From: an uncultured Gemmatimonadales bacterium
Lineage (GTDB): Bacteria; Gemmatimonadota; Gemmatimonadetes; Gemmatimonadales; GWC2-71-9
NCBI GenBank assembly: GCA_963722825.1
Contig: CAVROI010000003.1
Location: 1,879,764-1,943,763 of the forward strand
DNA length: 64,000 bases
Reading direction: 5' to 3'
Of this stretch, positions 29,362-38,988 are shown in pieces. Made by a program: the position numbers and the translations under genes. Position 1 is the first letter of the stretch; each line of letters begins with the position of its first letter. A model generated the notes under the pieces. The model made no database searches, was not told the origin of the DNA, and worked only from the letters and a program-made list of their open reading frames with translations.

Positions 29362-29569
29362 AGATAGTATCGGCTGCCGGAAGTCACAAGGCAGGCGGCC
29401 GGGATGCGGGGACCTGAGGCGAGCTGTTGTTGTGATGCCGTCGCGGCGCTCGTGCGCGGACACGCCACAAAAGAACGCCGTGGCGCGCCCACGCCCGACC
29501 GGCCGCTCCGGCACTACGTCAGCCGATGCCAGATGGCCTTGAGGTTCCCGGCCGACACCGACCGCGGGC

Positions 29570-29625
29570 CGCCGACTTCCGACCTCCGACTTCCGACTCC
29601 CGACCTCCGACCTCCGACCTCCGAC
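29570..29625. repeat. Heptanucleotide tandem repeat, 8 units, consensus CTCCGAC (YYCCGAC)
   Basis: The units read directly as cgccgac ttccgac ctccgac ttccgac tcccgac ctccgac ctccgac ctccgac. Two degenerate xCCGAC units precede them at 29551-29562. The array is intergenic, 73 bp upstream of the first gene of the polysaccharide cluster. Confidence 0.9.
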
Positions 29626-29698
29626 CGCCTATGGCCTATAGCCCATAGCACCTTACATTTCCGCCGTCACTGCCCGCTCCCCCTTTCCCCCGAGCCCC

Positions 29699-30760
29699 AT
29701 GTTCATCACCAAGCCATTCATCCGAGATCGCAAGATCAGGTTCGCGCTGGTGGGCTGTGGACGAATCTCGGCGAATCATTTCGATGCCCTCGACCGCCAT
29801 GCCGATCGGGCCGAGATGGTGGGGGTGTGTGAAATCGACGCGGAGGCGCTGGCCAAGGCTGAGGCGAGGACGGGGGCGCCTGGGTTCCGGTCGCTCGAGG
29901 CGATGCTGGCGGGAACCGACGCCGACATCGTGATCATCGCGACACCAAGCGGGATCCATGCCCACCAGGCAGTGCAGGTGGCCGCCGCCGGCCGCCACGT
30001 CATGACCGAGAAGCCGATGGCCACGAACTGGCAGGACGGTAAGAAGATGGTGCACGCCTGCGATGAGGCCGGGGTCCACCTCTTCGTAGTCAAGCAGAAC
30101 CGCCGGAACGCTACTCTCCAGCTCGTGAAACGCGCCATGGAAAAGAGGCGATTCGGCCGGATCTATATGGTCAACATCAATGTCTTCTGGACCCGGCCCC
30201 AGTCGTACTACGACAGCGCCAGCTGGCGGGGCACCTGGGAATTCGACGGCGGCGCCTTCATGAACCAGGCGAGCCACTACGTGGATCTGCTCGATTGGCT
30301 CATCGGTCCGGTGGAGAGCGTCCAGGCGTTCACCGCCACCCTCGCGCGCAACATCCAGGTCGAGGATACCGGCGTCGCCAGCATCCGCTGGCGCACCGGC
30401 GCGCTGGGCTCGATGAACGTCACGATGCTCACCTACCCCAAGAATCTCGAAGGGTCGATCACCATCATCGGCGAGAAGGGGACGGTGAAGGTGGGCGGCG
30501 TGGCCGTCAACAAGATCGAGCACTGGGCCTTCGACGAGCCCGATCCCGACGACCAGGCGGTCGAGCAGGCGAGCTACGAGACGAGCTCGGTGTACGGCTT
30601 CGGCCATCCCCTCTACTACGACAACGTGATCAGATCCCTCCGCGGCGAGGCCATCCCGGACACAGACGGTCGCGAAGGGCTCCATTCCCTCGAGATCCTG
30701 ATCGCAATCTACCTGTCGGCGCGCGACGGCCGCCGGGTGGCCCTGCCGCTTGAGTACTAG
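29699..30760 (+). CDS. Gfo/Idh/MocA-family NAD(P)-dependent sugar (nucleotide) oxidoreductase
   Basis: [20 protein letters not shown] is the Rossmann N-terminus. The family core contains TEKPMA. It is the first gene of the co-directional glycan cluster. Confidence 0.8.
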   Translation: MFITKPFIRDRKIRFALVGCGRISANHFDALDRHADRAEMVGVCEIDAEALAKAEARTGAPGFRSLEAMLAGTDADIVIIATPSGIHAHQAVQVAAAGRHVMTEKPMATNWQDGKKMVHACDEAGVHLFVVKQNRRNATLQLVKRAMEKRRFGRIYMVNINVFWTRPQSYYDSASWRGTWEFDGGAFMNQASHYVDLLDWLIGPVESVQAFTATLARNIQVEDTGVASIRWRTGALGSMNVTMLTYPKNLEGSITIIGEKGTVKVGGVAVNKIEHWAFDEPDPDDQAVEQASYETSSVYGFGHPLYYDNVIRSLRGEAIPDTDGREGLHSLEILIAIYLSARDGRRVALPLEY

Positions 30761-31664
30761 CGCGCCGCGACCGGCTCCGGCTGTCCGGCGCAAGGGAATC
30801 GTTCTGGCTGGGGGCTCCGGAACGCGGCTTCATCCCGTCACTAGGGCAGTCAGCAAGCAGCTGCTGCCGGTGTACGACAAGCCGATGGTCTACTATCCGC
30901 TCTCGACCCTCATGCTGGGTGGGACGCGGGACATTCTTCTCATCTCGACTCCACGAGATCTCCCGGCCTTCGAGCGGCTCCTGGGCGATGGACGTGCCTG
31001 GGGGCTGTCGATCTCCTACGCGGAGCAGCCCTCGCCCGACGGGCTGGCACAAGCGTTCATCATCGGCCGCGAGTTCATCGGTCGCGATCAGGCGTGCCTG
31101 GTGCTGGGCGACAACATCTTCTATGGCCACGGCCTGAGCGATCTCCTCCAGCGCGTGGCGTGTCGCCCGGACGGCGCCACGATCTTTGCCTATCACGTAC
31201 AGAATCCCGGCGCGTATGGCGTCGTGGAATTCGACGAGCACCGCCGGGCGATCGCGATCGAAGAGAAGCCGGCGCATCCCCGCTCGAACTACGCGGTCAC
31301 GGGACTCTATTACTACGACAACCGGGTGGTGGACATCGCGCGCGAGATCAGGCCCTCAGCCCGCGGCGAGCTGGAGATCACGGATGTCAATGCCTGGTAC
31401 CTTCGGAAGGGCGAGCTCCAGGTCGAGGTGCTGCGGCGAGGCACCGCCTGGCTCGATACGGGGACCCACGAAGCGCTCTTGCAAGCAAGCCACTTCATCG
31501 AGACGATCGAGCAACGACAGGGGCTCAAGGTCTCCTGTCCCGAAGAGATCGCGTACCGGATGGGCTATATCGGGGAGGAACAGCTCGAACGGCTCGCCGA
31601 GCCGCTCCGACAGACGGCATACGGTCAGTATCTCCTCCGATTGCTCACTGGGGACAGCCCGTGA
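30750..31664 (+). CDS. rfbA: Glucose-1-phosphate thymidylyltransferase
   Basis: [39 protein letters not shown] and [14 protein letters not shown] are present. The start is TTG and overlaps the previous gene by 11 nt. Confidence 0.93.
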   Translation: MSTSAPRPAPAVRRKGIVLAGGSGTRLHPVTRAVSKQLLPVYDKPMVYYPLSTLMLGGTRDILLISTPRDLPAFERLLGDGRAWGLSISYAEQPSPDGLAQAFIIGREFIGRDQACLVLGDNIFYGHGLSDLLQRVACRPDGATIFAYHVQNPGAYGVVEFDEHRRAIAIEEKPAHPRSNYAVTGLYYYDNRVVDIAREIRPSARGELEITDVNAWYLRKGELQVEVLRRGTAWLDTGTHEALLQASHFIETIEQRQGLKVSCPEEIAYRMGYIGEEQLERLAEPLRQTAYGQYLLRLLTGDSP

Positions 31665-32206
31665 ATGTGATCCAGACCGCCATCCCCGAGGTGATGGTGA
31701 TCGAGCCGGTGGTGCGGGAGGATGTGCGTGGCTTCTTCCTCGAGGTATGGCAGGAGCAACGCTACCGGTCGGCGGGCATTGATCTTCCCTTCGTGCAGGA
31801 CAATCACAGCAGATCCGGGTGTGGGACGCTGCGGGGCCTGCACTACCAGATCCGACATCCGCAGGGGAAGCTGGTGCGGGTCGCGGCGGGCGAAGTATTT
31901 GACGTGGCGGTGGATCTTCGCCGGTCTTCTCCCACCTTCGGCCGCTGGGTGGGGACCATCCTGTCGGGCGAGAATCACCGACAGGTCTGGGTCCCGCCCG
32001 GCTTCGCGCACGGCTTTTACGTGACGAGCGAGTGGGCCGATGTGCTGTACAAGGTCACCGACTTCTACGCCCCGGAGTACGACCGCACTCTGAGGTGGGA
32101 TGACTCCGAAGTGGGCGTCGAGTGGCCGCTGTCGGGCGGCAAGCCGGTGCTTTCCGCGAAGGATGCGGCAGGGCTTTCTCTCAGCGACGCGGACACCTAT
32201 CCGTGA
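31661..32206 (+). CDS. rfbC: dTDP-4-dehydrorhamnose 3,5-epimerase
   Basis: [34 protein letters not shown] and [12 protein letters not shown] are present. The GTG start overlaps the rfbA stop (GTGA). Confidence 0.92.
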   Translation: MNVIQTAIPEVMVIEPVVREDVRGFFLEVWQEQRYRSAGIDLPFVQDNHSRSGCGTLRGLHYQIRHPQGKLVRVAAGEVFDVAVDLRRSSPTFGRWVGTILSGENHRQVWVPPGFAHGFYVTSEWADVLYKVTDFYAPEYDRTLRWDDSEVGVEWPLSGGKPVLSAKDAAGLSLSDADTYP

Positions 32207-33090
32207 CCTCTCCGCTGGTCCGCACGGCACTCATCACCGGCGCCGGCGGGCAGCTCGGCCTCGAGCTGCAGGCGACCGTGCCGAAGGGGTGGCGCGTGAT
32301 TCCGTGCGACCGCCGGATGCTCGATGTCTCGAACGAAGCGGACGTGCGATTTGTCTTCCAGCGCGAACGGCCAGGACTGGCCATCAACGCCGCCGCCTAT
32401 GCCGGCGTGGATGCCGCCGAGTCGGATGCCGACGGCGCCGCGGCGGTCAACGCGCGGGGCGCGGCGAATATTGCCGGGGCGGCGCGCGAGCACGGCACTC
32501 GGATCATTCACGTCTCCACCGACTTCGTTTTCGATGGGCGGCAGGGACGTCCCTACGCTCCGGACGCTGCGACGAACCCGCTTGGCGTGTACGGCCGGAC
32601 CAAGCTCGAGGGCGAGCGTGAGGTCGCGAACATTTGCGAAGGATCCGCCGTCGTGCTGCGCACGGCCTGGCTCTACTCGGTGCACGGCAGGAACTTCGTC
32701 CTGGCCATGCTGAGGCTCATGGCGGAGCAGGACTCGGTCGACGTCGTGAGCGATCAGGTGGGGACGCCGACTCGGGCTCAGGGGCTCGCCGAGGCGATAT
32801 GGGCGATCGCGGAGCGGCCGGGGATGCGCGGTGTCCATCATTGGACCGACGCAGGCGTCGCGAGCTGGTACGACTTTGCCGTCGCGATCCAGGAAGAGGC
32901 GCTCGCGCTCGGCCTGCTCGACCGCGCTGTGCCGGTTCGACCCGTTCGCACGGCGGATTATCCCCGGCCGGCGACCCGCCCTCCGTACAGCGTTCTCGAC
33001 AAGACCACGACATGGGCTGCACTCGGCCGAACTCCGCCGCACTGGCGGGTGAACCTCCGGCTGATGCTGCAGGCGTTGCGGCGTGGCTAG
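32203..33090 (+). CDS. rfbD: dTDP-4-dehydrorhamnose reductase
   Basis: [26 protein letters not shown], and [13 protein letters not shown] (YxxxK) are present. The GTG start overlaps the rfbC stop. Confidence 0.9.
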   Translation: MTSPLVRTALITGAGGQLGLELQATVPKGWRVIPCDRRMLDVSNEADVRFVFQRERPGLAINAAAYAGVDAAESDADGAAAVNARGAANIAGAAREHGTRIIHVSTDFVFDGRQGRPYAPDAATNPLGVYGRTKLEGEREVANICEGSAVVLRTAWLYSVHGRNFVLAMLRLMAEQDSVDVVSDQVGTPTRAQGLAEAIWAIAERPGMRGVHHWTDAGVASWYDFAVAIQEEALALGLLDRAVPVRPVRTADYPRPATRPPYSVLDKTTTWAALGRTPPHWRVNLRLMLQALRRG

Positions 33091-34198
33091 CCTGCTCGTC
33101 ACGGGCGGCGCCGGCTTCATCGGCGCCAATTTCGTGCATCACTGGGTACGGGCGCACCCGGCCGACAAGGTCGTGGTGCTCGACGCGCTGACGTACGCGG
33201 GGAATCTCGCGAGCCTCGAGCCGGTGAGGTCGCATCCCGGGTTCGAGTTTGTGCGGGGCGATATCCGGACACCGGGGCTGGCAGAGCGGCTGCTGCGGGA
33301 TCACGCGGTGACGTTGCTCGTTCACTTCGCCGCGGAGTCGCACGTGGACCGGTCGATCGTGGGACCCGACGCGTTCATCGAGACCAACGTGGCCGGTACC
33401 CACGAGCTGCTGAAGGCGGCGAGACGGGTGTGGCTGGAGGAGGGAACGGGAGGGGAGGGGAGGCGATTCCACCACGTCTCTACCGACGAAGTCTACGGGT
33501 CGCTCGGCCCCGAGGAGCCTGCGTTTTCCGAGGAGAGGCCATACGCGCCCAACTCCCCATACGCGGCAAGCAAAGCGGCCTCGGACCATCTGGTGCGCGC
33601 CTACCATCACACGTACGGGCTGCCGGTTACCACGAGCAACTGCTCGAACAACTACGGACCCTATCACTTCCCCGAGAAGCTGATTCCGCTGATGCTGGTG
33701 AACGCGCTCGAGGGCCGGCCGCTGCCGGTGTATGGTGACGGGCTCAACATTCGCGATTGGCTGTACGTCGAGGATCACTGCCGGGCGGTCGAGCTGGTGG
33801 CGACGAGAGGCAGACTGGGAGAGACGTACAACGTGGGCGGGCGAAACGAGTGGAGAAACATCGACATCGTGCGACTCCTCTGCCGCCTGGTGGACGAGGC
33901 GTTCGCCGCCCACGGAGAGCTGGCCGGGCGCTTTCCCTCGGCGCCTGCGGCCAAGGGTGAGAAGGCCGAGTCTCTTGTGAACTTCGTCACGGATCGGCCC
34001 GGCCACGACCGCCGGTATGCCATCGACGCGAGCAAGATCGAGCGGGAGCTGGGCTTCGTGCCGAGGGAGAGCTTCGAGAGCGGCATCCGGAAGACGATTG
34101 CCTGGTTTCTCGCCAACGAGCCCTGGTGGCGGGGTGTCATGGACGGGAGCTATCAGGAGTGGGTGAGAAGGCGGTATGGGGAGTTGAGGTCCACCTGA
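33083..34198 (+). CDS. rfbB: dTDP-glucose 4,6-dehydratase
   Basis: [33 protein letters not shown], and [14 protein letters not shown] are present, followed by [17 protein letters not shown]. Confidence 0.95.
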   Translation: MASLLVTGGAGFIGANFVHHWVRAHPADKVVVLDALTYAGNLASLEPVRSHPGFEFVRGDIRTPGLAERLLRDHAVTLLVHFAAESHVDRSIVGPDAFIETNVAGTHELLKAARRVWLEEGTGGEGRRFHHVSTDEVYGSLGPEEPAFSEERPYAPNSPYAASKAASDHLVRAYHHTYGLPVTTSNCSNNYGPYHFPEKLIPLMLVNALEGRPLPVYGDGLNIRDWLYVEDHCRAVELVATRGRLGETYNVGGRNEWRNIDIVRLLCRLVDEAFAAHGELAGRFPSAPAAKGEKAESLVNFVTDRPGHDRRYAIDASKIERELGFVPRESFESGIRKTIAWFLANEPWWRGVMDGSYQEWVRRRYGELRST

Positions 34199-35295
34199 GC
34201 CGGGAAGAGGGCGCGTCGTCCGTCCGGCCGGGACGATTCCTCGTCGGCTGGCGACCATTCGCGAGCGACGCCCGGGTCGCCAGCGTCCGGATTCGCTGCC
34301 TCAACCCGATTCGCGAGCTCCGGCGACGGGGCTATCCGATCGAGGTCTTCGAAACAGCTCGCAGTGGCGCGTACTCCGCCGTGGTCTACTCGAAGGTGTA
34401 CCAGGATTCGATCCAGGCGGAATCCCGGCGCTTGCGGGCGAACGGCACTCGAATTGTGCTCGATCTGTGCGACAATCAATTCTACAACCCGCTGAACCGC
34501 GGTGACCTCCGGTTGGAGGCCGATCAGCTGCGACGAATGCTGGGCGAGGCGGACGAGTTGATAGCATCCACCGACGTGATGGCCCAGGTGCTCCGCCAGG
34601 AGGTGGGGGACGGTAAACCCGTTACCGTGATCGGCGACGCGGTCGAGACCAGAATCGAGGGAGTGCGTGCCTTCCCCTGGGAGCGATGGTTGGCCCGGCA
34701 TCGAGTCCGCGCGCTGGGCGCTCGACTCGGGGCCCGTGACGCTCAGACCCGGCTCGTCTGGTTCGGTTCCCACGGCGGGCGGACGCGCGACCATGGCATG
34801 CGCGATCTCGAGATTCTACGCCCGCTACTCGAATCGCTGCACGGGGAACATCCCCTGAGCCTCACCGTCATCAGCAACTCGACCGCCAAGTTCGCTCGCT
34901 TGATACGTCCCTGGACCGTGCCTACCCACTATCTGGAGTGGAGCGCGGAGACGTTCCTGGACGCGCTTCGGCTGCACGACATCGCCTTGATCCCGATCCG
35001 GGAGAACCCCTTCACCCGGTGCAAGACCAACAACCGGCTCGTCACCGCGCTCAGCGCAGGACTGGCCGTGGTGGCCAGCGGGATCCCGAGCTATCGGCCG
35101 TTCGAGGAGTGCTGTGTCTTGGATGATTGGTCAGGGGGCCTTCGGCGCTACATTTTCGACCCTGAGGTGCGTCGTCTGGCCGTTTCGGCTGGTCAAGCAC
35201 TCGTTCAGCGCGGGTGGACCCTGCCTACCATCACGGATCAGTGGCAGCGCTATTTCGATGGCCTTCGTAACGCCGCGACCGTCGGTATGCCGTGA
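34126..35295 (+). CDS. Hypothetical protein, possibly a GT-B-like glycosyltransferase
   Basis: Coding-like composition over 389 aa. The C-terminal half ([10 protein letters not shown]...LTVISNS...[25 protein letters not shown]) resembles the nucleotide-sugar-binding half of GT-B enzymes, but I cannot name a family. The start is uncertain: the GTGs at 34126 and 34159 both overlap rfbB. Confidence 0.5.
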   Translation: MAGCHGRELSGVGEKAVWGVEVHLSREEGASSVRPGRFLVGWRPFASDARVASVRIRCLNPIRELRRRGYPIEVFETARSGAYSAVVYSKVYQDSIQAESRRLRANGTRIVLDLCDNQFYNPLNRGDLRLEADQLRRMLGEADELIASTDVMAQVLRQEVGDGKPVTVIGDAVETRIEGVRAFPWERWLARHRVRALGARLGARDAQTRLVWFGSHGGRTRDHGMRDLEILRPLLESLHGEHPLSLTVISNSTAKFARLIRPWTVPTHYLEWSAETFLDALRLHDIALIPIRENPFTRCKTNNRLVTALSAGLAVVASGIPSYRPFEECCVLDDWSGGLRRYIFDPEVRRLAVSAGQALVQRGWTLPTITDQWQRYFDGLRNAATVGMP

Positions 35296-35377
35296 GGATG
35301 CTCCTGGCTCTGAGACCCTCGTTACATTGTTGGCTCGCCGAACGCCGACTTGGAGAGCACAGCTGCGGATACCGCCA

Positions 35378-36640
35378 ATGACAACCGAGACGTCGCTCGA
35401 TGACGTGCTGGCGCCCGGAGGGCTAGACATCACGGCCCGACTTCGCGCGGCCACCGGTTCCCTCAACCGGTTCGCGTTGCGAGGCGCGCTCCGCCTTCTT
35501 GCCCCCCGCGTACCCGCCTCGATTCCTAGCGAGGGAGTCCGACGCATCCTGCTCTCCGGCAGCATGGGCATCGGTAACGCCGTGATGTTCGAGCCGACAT
35601 TGCGGGCGCTTCGAGATCGGTTTCCTGCCGCTCACCTCGCGGTCACGCTGGAGGCTGATGCTGCCAGCCGCGCGATCTTCGACTGGCCAGGATTGGTGGA
35701 TGAAGTGATCGTGGTCCGCGGGTCGTCCCGTCTGGCTCGTGCGATTGCCGGCCTGCGCCTCGCGCGGCAGGGATGGGATCTGTGCGCGATCCGCTTCAAC
35801 GGCGCGACGCACGACATCGTCATGGCCGCCATTTTCGGGCGCATACCGTACCGTGTGGGTCACGTGAGCAGCGGCCGGTTCAGCTCCGAGCTCGACTGGC
35901 TCTTCAACCTGCCGGTCGTCATGGGTGACTACGATCACGAAGTCGATCGGTACCTGGCCATGGTGGAGAAGCTCGGGCACGTGCCGTCTCGCCGTGCGCC
36001 GCGATTGGTGGTGGCCGACGAAGATCGGGCGGCGGCCCGGCGCCTGACCCAAGACCTCGGCCTGGCGCCGGATCGTCCCTGGGTGGCGATCCAGCCGGGG
36101 AGCAGTGCGCACCAGCATTGGAAGCGCTGGCCAACCGAGTACTGGCGAACACTGGCGAGCGAGCTGACTGCCGCGGGACTCGCCGTGCTCGGGCTCGGGT
36201 CCGCCGTCGAGCGGGACCTCCTCGCGGAGATCTGCCGCGGCGGGGGGGCGGTCAACCTGGCCGGCTCCTGCTCCCTCCGAGTAGCCGCGGCGGTCCTGGA
36301 GCGGAGTGAGCTCCTGGTCTCCACCGATAGCGCCTTGACGCACATCGCGGGAGCGGTCGGAACGCCGGTTATCGGCATCTTCGGGCCGACCGATCGGACC
36401 CGAACCAGGCCTTATGGCACGGGGCACACCCTGCTCGTGCCGGTCGACTGCCGAGGAAACCGGGAACCCTGTCTCGCTCCCAGCGGAGTACTGTCGCCCG
36501 ATTGCACATGGCGTGAGTGCATGCGGAGTATCCGGCCGGGAGAGGTCGTGGCCGCGGTGCGGCAGCGTTGCGCGGCGCCGGCTCATGGAGGCGCCGCTCG
36601 ATCGCCAGCCGGTCGTTCCACTCTCGGGGGGATGGCCTGA
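35378..36640 (+). CDS. Glycosyltransferase family 9 (ADP-heptose:acceptor heptosyltransferase-like)
   Basis: RILLSGSMGIGNAVMFEPTLRALRDRFP, VAIQPGSSAHQHWKRWPTEYW and LVSTDSALTHIAGAVGTPVIGIFGPTD are the characteristic GT9 segments. I chose the ATG at 35378 inside the longer track ORF. Confidence 0.8.
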   Translation: MTTETSLDDVLAPGGLDITARLRAATGSLNRFALRGALRLLAPRVPASIPSEGVRRILLSGSMGIGNAVMFEPTLRALRDRFPAAHLAVTLEADAASRAIFDWPGLVDEVIVVRGSSRLARAIAGLRLARQGWDLCAIRFNGATHDIVMAAIFGRIPYRVGHVSSGRFSSELDWLFNLPVVMGDYDHEVDRYLAMVEKLGHVPSRRAPRLVVADEDRAAARRLTQDLGLAPDRPWVAIQPGSSAHQHWKRWPTEYWRTLASELTAAGLAVLGLGSAVERDLLAEICRGGGAVNLAGSCSLRVAAAVLERSELLVSTDSALTHIAGAVGTPVIGIFGPTDRTRTRPYGTGHTLLVPVDCRGNREPCLAPSGVLSPDCTWRECMRSIRPGEVVAAVRQRCAAPAHGGAARSPAGRSTLGGMA

Positions 36641-36642
36641 CG

Positions 36643-37581
36643 ATGACTCGTGAGGCTCCGGAAGCCTCGATCAATGGGGCCCACCGGCACGCCGGCTGGG
36701 TCGCCCTCGGGTCCCGGGCGCTTGGTTGGGCAGGCCGCCAATTCCGGGCGATCCGATGGCGACAGCTGGAGCAAGGCGCTCCACGACTACTGACCGTCTC
36801 CACGGCGAACGGGCGCCTCACGGTCAACACCGGGTACCGCCTGATGGCCCAGCGGTTGTACGTGGGGCGAGAGTACGAGTCGCACTTGATCGATGCCGCC
36901 ATCAAGGAACTGCGCCGCCGTGGCATGGCACCACCTGACGGGACGGCGCTGGACATCGGCGCCAACATCGGCGTCATCGGAATCGCGCTGGTCCTTCGTG
37001 GATACGCGGCGCGGGTCATCGCCGTCGAGCCCGAGGCGGCCAATTTCGAGCTGCTACTGCGCAATGTCGGGCAGAACGGCTTGACCCAGGCGATCCGCTG
37101 CGAGCGAGTGGCGTTGGGCACGGTGGAGGGATCCGTCCAGCTGGAGCTCTCCCCCGACAACTGGGGAGACCACCGCGTCCGGGGGCCTCTGGGCCCGGCA
37201 CCCGGTGCATACGGTGAGAGCTCGCGAGCGACGGTCACGGTTCCGGCTGCGACGCTGGATGGCTTGCTCGAGCGCGTGTGCCCAGCCGGGGAACGCCCGT
37301 CGCTCATCTGGATGGACGTTCAGGGGTTTGAGGGGCGCGTCCTGGCGGGCGGAACCCGCACCATTCAGGCAGGTGTGCCGGTGGTCGCAGAGTTCTGGCC
37401 GTACGGCATCCGCCGAAGCGGGATGGACCGGGACCAGTTCTGCGGGATCCTCGAATCGCTCTTCACCACCTTCGTGCTGCTCGGTGACGCGCCCACTACG
37501 CGGGACATCCGGGAGTTACGGCGGATGTTCGACGAGCTCGTGATCAGCACGCGACACCGCAACGTGTTGCTCCTGCCGTGA
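36643..37581 (+). CDS. FkbM-family SAM-dependent methyltransferase
   Basis: ALDIGANIGVIGIALV, VIAVEPEAANFELLLRNV and IWMDVQGFEGRVLAG follow the FkbM pattern. The ATG lies 3 nt after the GT9 stop. Confidence 0.8.
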   Translation: MTREAPEASINGAHRHAGWVALGSRALGWAGRQFRAIRWRQLEQGAPRLLTVSTANGRLTVNTGYRLMAQRLYVGREYESHLIDAAIKELRRRGMAPPDGTALDIGANIGVIGIALVLRGYAARVIAVEPEAANFELLLRNVGQNGLTQAIRCERVALGTVEGSVQLELSPDNWGDHRVRGPLGPAPGAYGESSRATVTVPAATLDGLLERVCPAGERPSLIWMDVQGFEGRVLAGGTRTIQAGVPVVAEFWPYGIRRSGMDRDQFCGILESLFTTFVLLGDAPTTRDIRELRRMFDELVISTRHRNVLLLP

Positions 37582-38984
37582 CCTGGGCCATCATCCAGCA
37601 GATCGGTGGGCAGGCGGCATCGTATGTGACCTTTCTCGTGCTGGCGCTTGTCCTCCGGCCGGAGGAGATCGGCGTGGTCGCGATGGCCAACGCCTGGCTC
37701 GCGATCATCGGTGGCTTTGCGGAGGCCGGACTCGGCGCCGCCCTTATCCAGCGCGAGCATCTTGCGCCCGCCCATGCGCACTCCGCCTTTGTCCTCAACA
37801 TCGCGACCGGGTTGGCGCTGGCCATGCTGGGTCTCCTGCTGTCGTGGCCGGCGTCGGTGTTCTTCCACAGCGCGGAGGTGAGGCCGGTGATGGCGGTGCT
37901 CTCGATTGGGTTCGTCATTCGCTCCTTCGGGTTGACCCAGGCCGCGCTCCTCCAACGCCGGCTCGACTTCAAGGCACTGGCCATTCGCGACACCCTCGCC
38001 AACGCGGCCGGCGGCGTCCTCGGCATCGCGCTGGCGTTGGCGGGCGGCGGGGTCTGGAGCTATGTCGGCATGAGCTTGGCCGTGGCGCTCGCGAGCGTCG
38101 TGCTGGTCTGGCGCTCGGTCGAGTGGCGGCCGCGAATCGGCGAGTTCTCCCGAACCCACGCTCAGGATTTGTGGGGGTATGGCTCGAGAGTCCTCGGCTT
38201 CAACCTTCTGAAGGCGTTCAGCCAGAATACTGATCGCCTCCTGCTGGGCCACCTGCTCGGGCCTTCGGCGGTCGGCAGCTACGCCCTGGCCTACCGTATC
38301 GTGATCTTTCCGGTGACCTCGTTCGCGAGCGCCATCTCGAATCATTTCTTCCCCCACATCTCCCGAATCCAGGCCGACCAGAAGGCCGTTCGCCTCGAGT
38401 ACACCCGCTACTTGCGCATCATTCTGAGCATCAGCTTCCCGTTGGCGCTGGCAGCGGCCCTGGCAGGTGGTCCGCTTCTCGGTATCGTGTTCGGACCGCG
38501 GTGGGCGGCGGCGGCACGCGTGATCCCGTGGCTCGCCCTGGTTGCCGTTGCCTGGGCGGTCTTCTCTCCGTTCGGGCAGCTGCTCAAGGGGCTGAACCGG
38601 CCGGGAGGGCTGATCATCTGGTCGGCGAGCTACACGGTGGTCACCTCCGCGGCGCTGGCGCTCGGGGCCGCCCGCGGGCTCGAGGGCGCTGCGGCCGCGT
38701 TCGCGGGCGCGAACGTGGTGCTGGTCCCCGTCGCCTACTGGCTGGGAAAGTTCTGGGTCGGAGTGACACCATCGGTGCGCATCGCGCTCTGGAGTCCGCT
38801 GCTGGCAGCGACCGCCGGTATGGCCACGGTGCTGGGCCTCGCTCGGATCGCGCTGACTGGTGCGAACGCGGTGCTGGTCGGCATCGCGGTCGCCGCCGGT
38901 GTCATGGTGTATCTCGTGCTCCTCCTCCGATTCGCTCCCGAGCTCGACCCGCGGGGAGCGGTCGTGATGCCGAAACGGCCCTAG
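37578..38984 (+). CDS. wzx: Polysaccharide flippase (MOP/Wzx family)
   Basis: A membrane protein of roughly 12-14 helices. The N-terminus (QQIGGQAASYVTFLVLALVLRPEEIGVVAMANAWL) and FAEAGLGAALIQRE are typical of Polysacc_synt proteins. Confidence 0.8.
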   Translation: MTWAIIQQIGGQAASYVTFLVLALVLRPEEIGVVAMANAWLAIIGGFAEAGLGAALIQREHLAPAHAHSAFVLNIATGLALAMLGLLLSWPASVFFHSAEVRPVMAVLSIGFVIRSFGLTQAALLQRRLDFKALAIRDTLANAAGGVLGIALALAGGGVWSYVGMSLAVALASVVLVWRSVEWRPRIGEFSRTHAQDLWGYGSRVLGFNLLKAFSQNTDRLLLGHLLGPSAVGSYALAYRIVIFPVTSFASAISNHFFPHISRIQADQKAVRLEYTRYLRIILSISFPLALAAALAGGPLLGIVFGPRWAAAARVIPWLALVAVAWAVFSPFGQLLKGLNRPGGLIIWSASYTVVTSAALALGAARGLEGAAAAFAGANVVLVPVAYWLGKFWVGVTPSVRIALWSPLLAATAGMATVLGLARIALTGANAVLVGIAVAAGVMVYLVLLLRFAPELDPRGAVVMPKRP

Positions 38985-38988
38985 GGCG

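Noticed and set aside
29551-29645. Possibility that the short repeats are a CRISPR array or a mobile-element end.
   Set aside because: The units are contiguous 7-mers with no spacers, and there are no cas, transposase or integrase genes nearby. It is a microsatellite, not a CRISPR array or an inverted-repeat terminus.
29404-29832. A 142-aa ORF covering the heptanucleotide repeat (translating as PPTSDLRLPTPDLRPPTSD).
   Set aside because: The repeat unit of 7 nt is not in codon phase. The ORF runs across the start of the well-supported oxidoreductase gene, has no SD, and has Pro/Arg-rich composition. I treat the region as non-coding.
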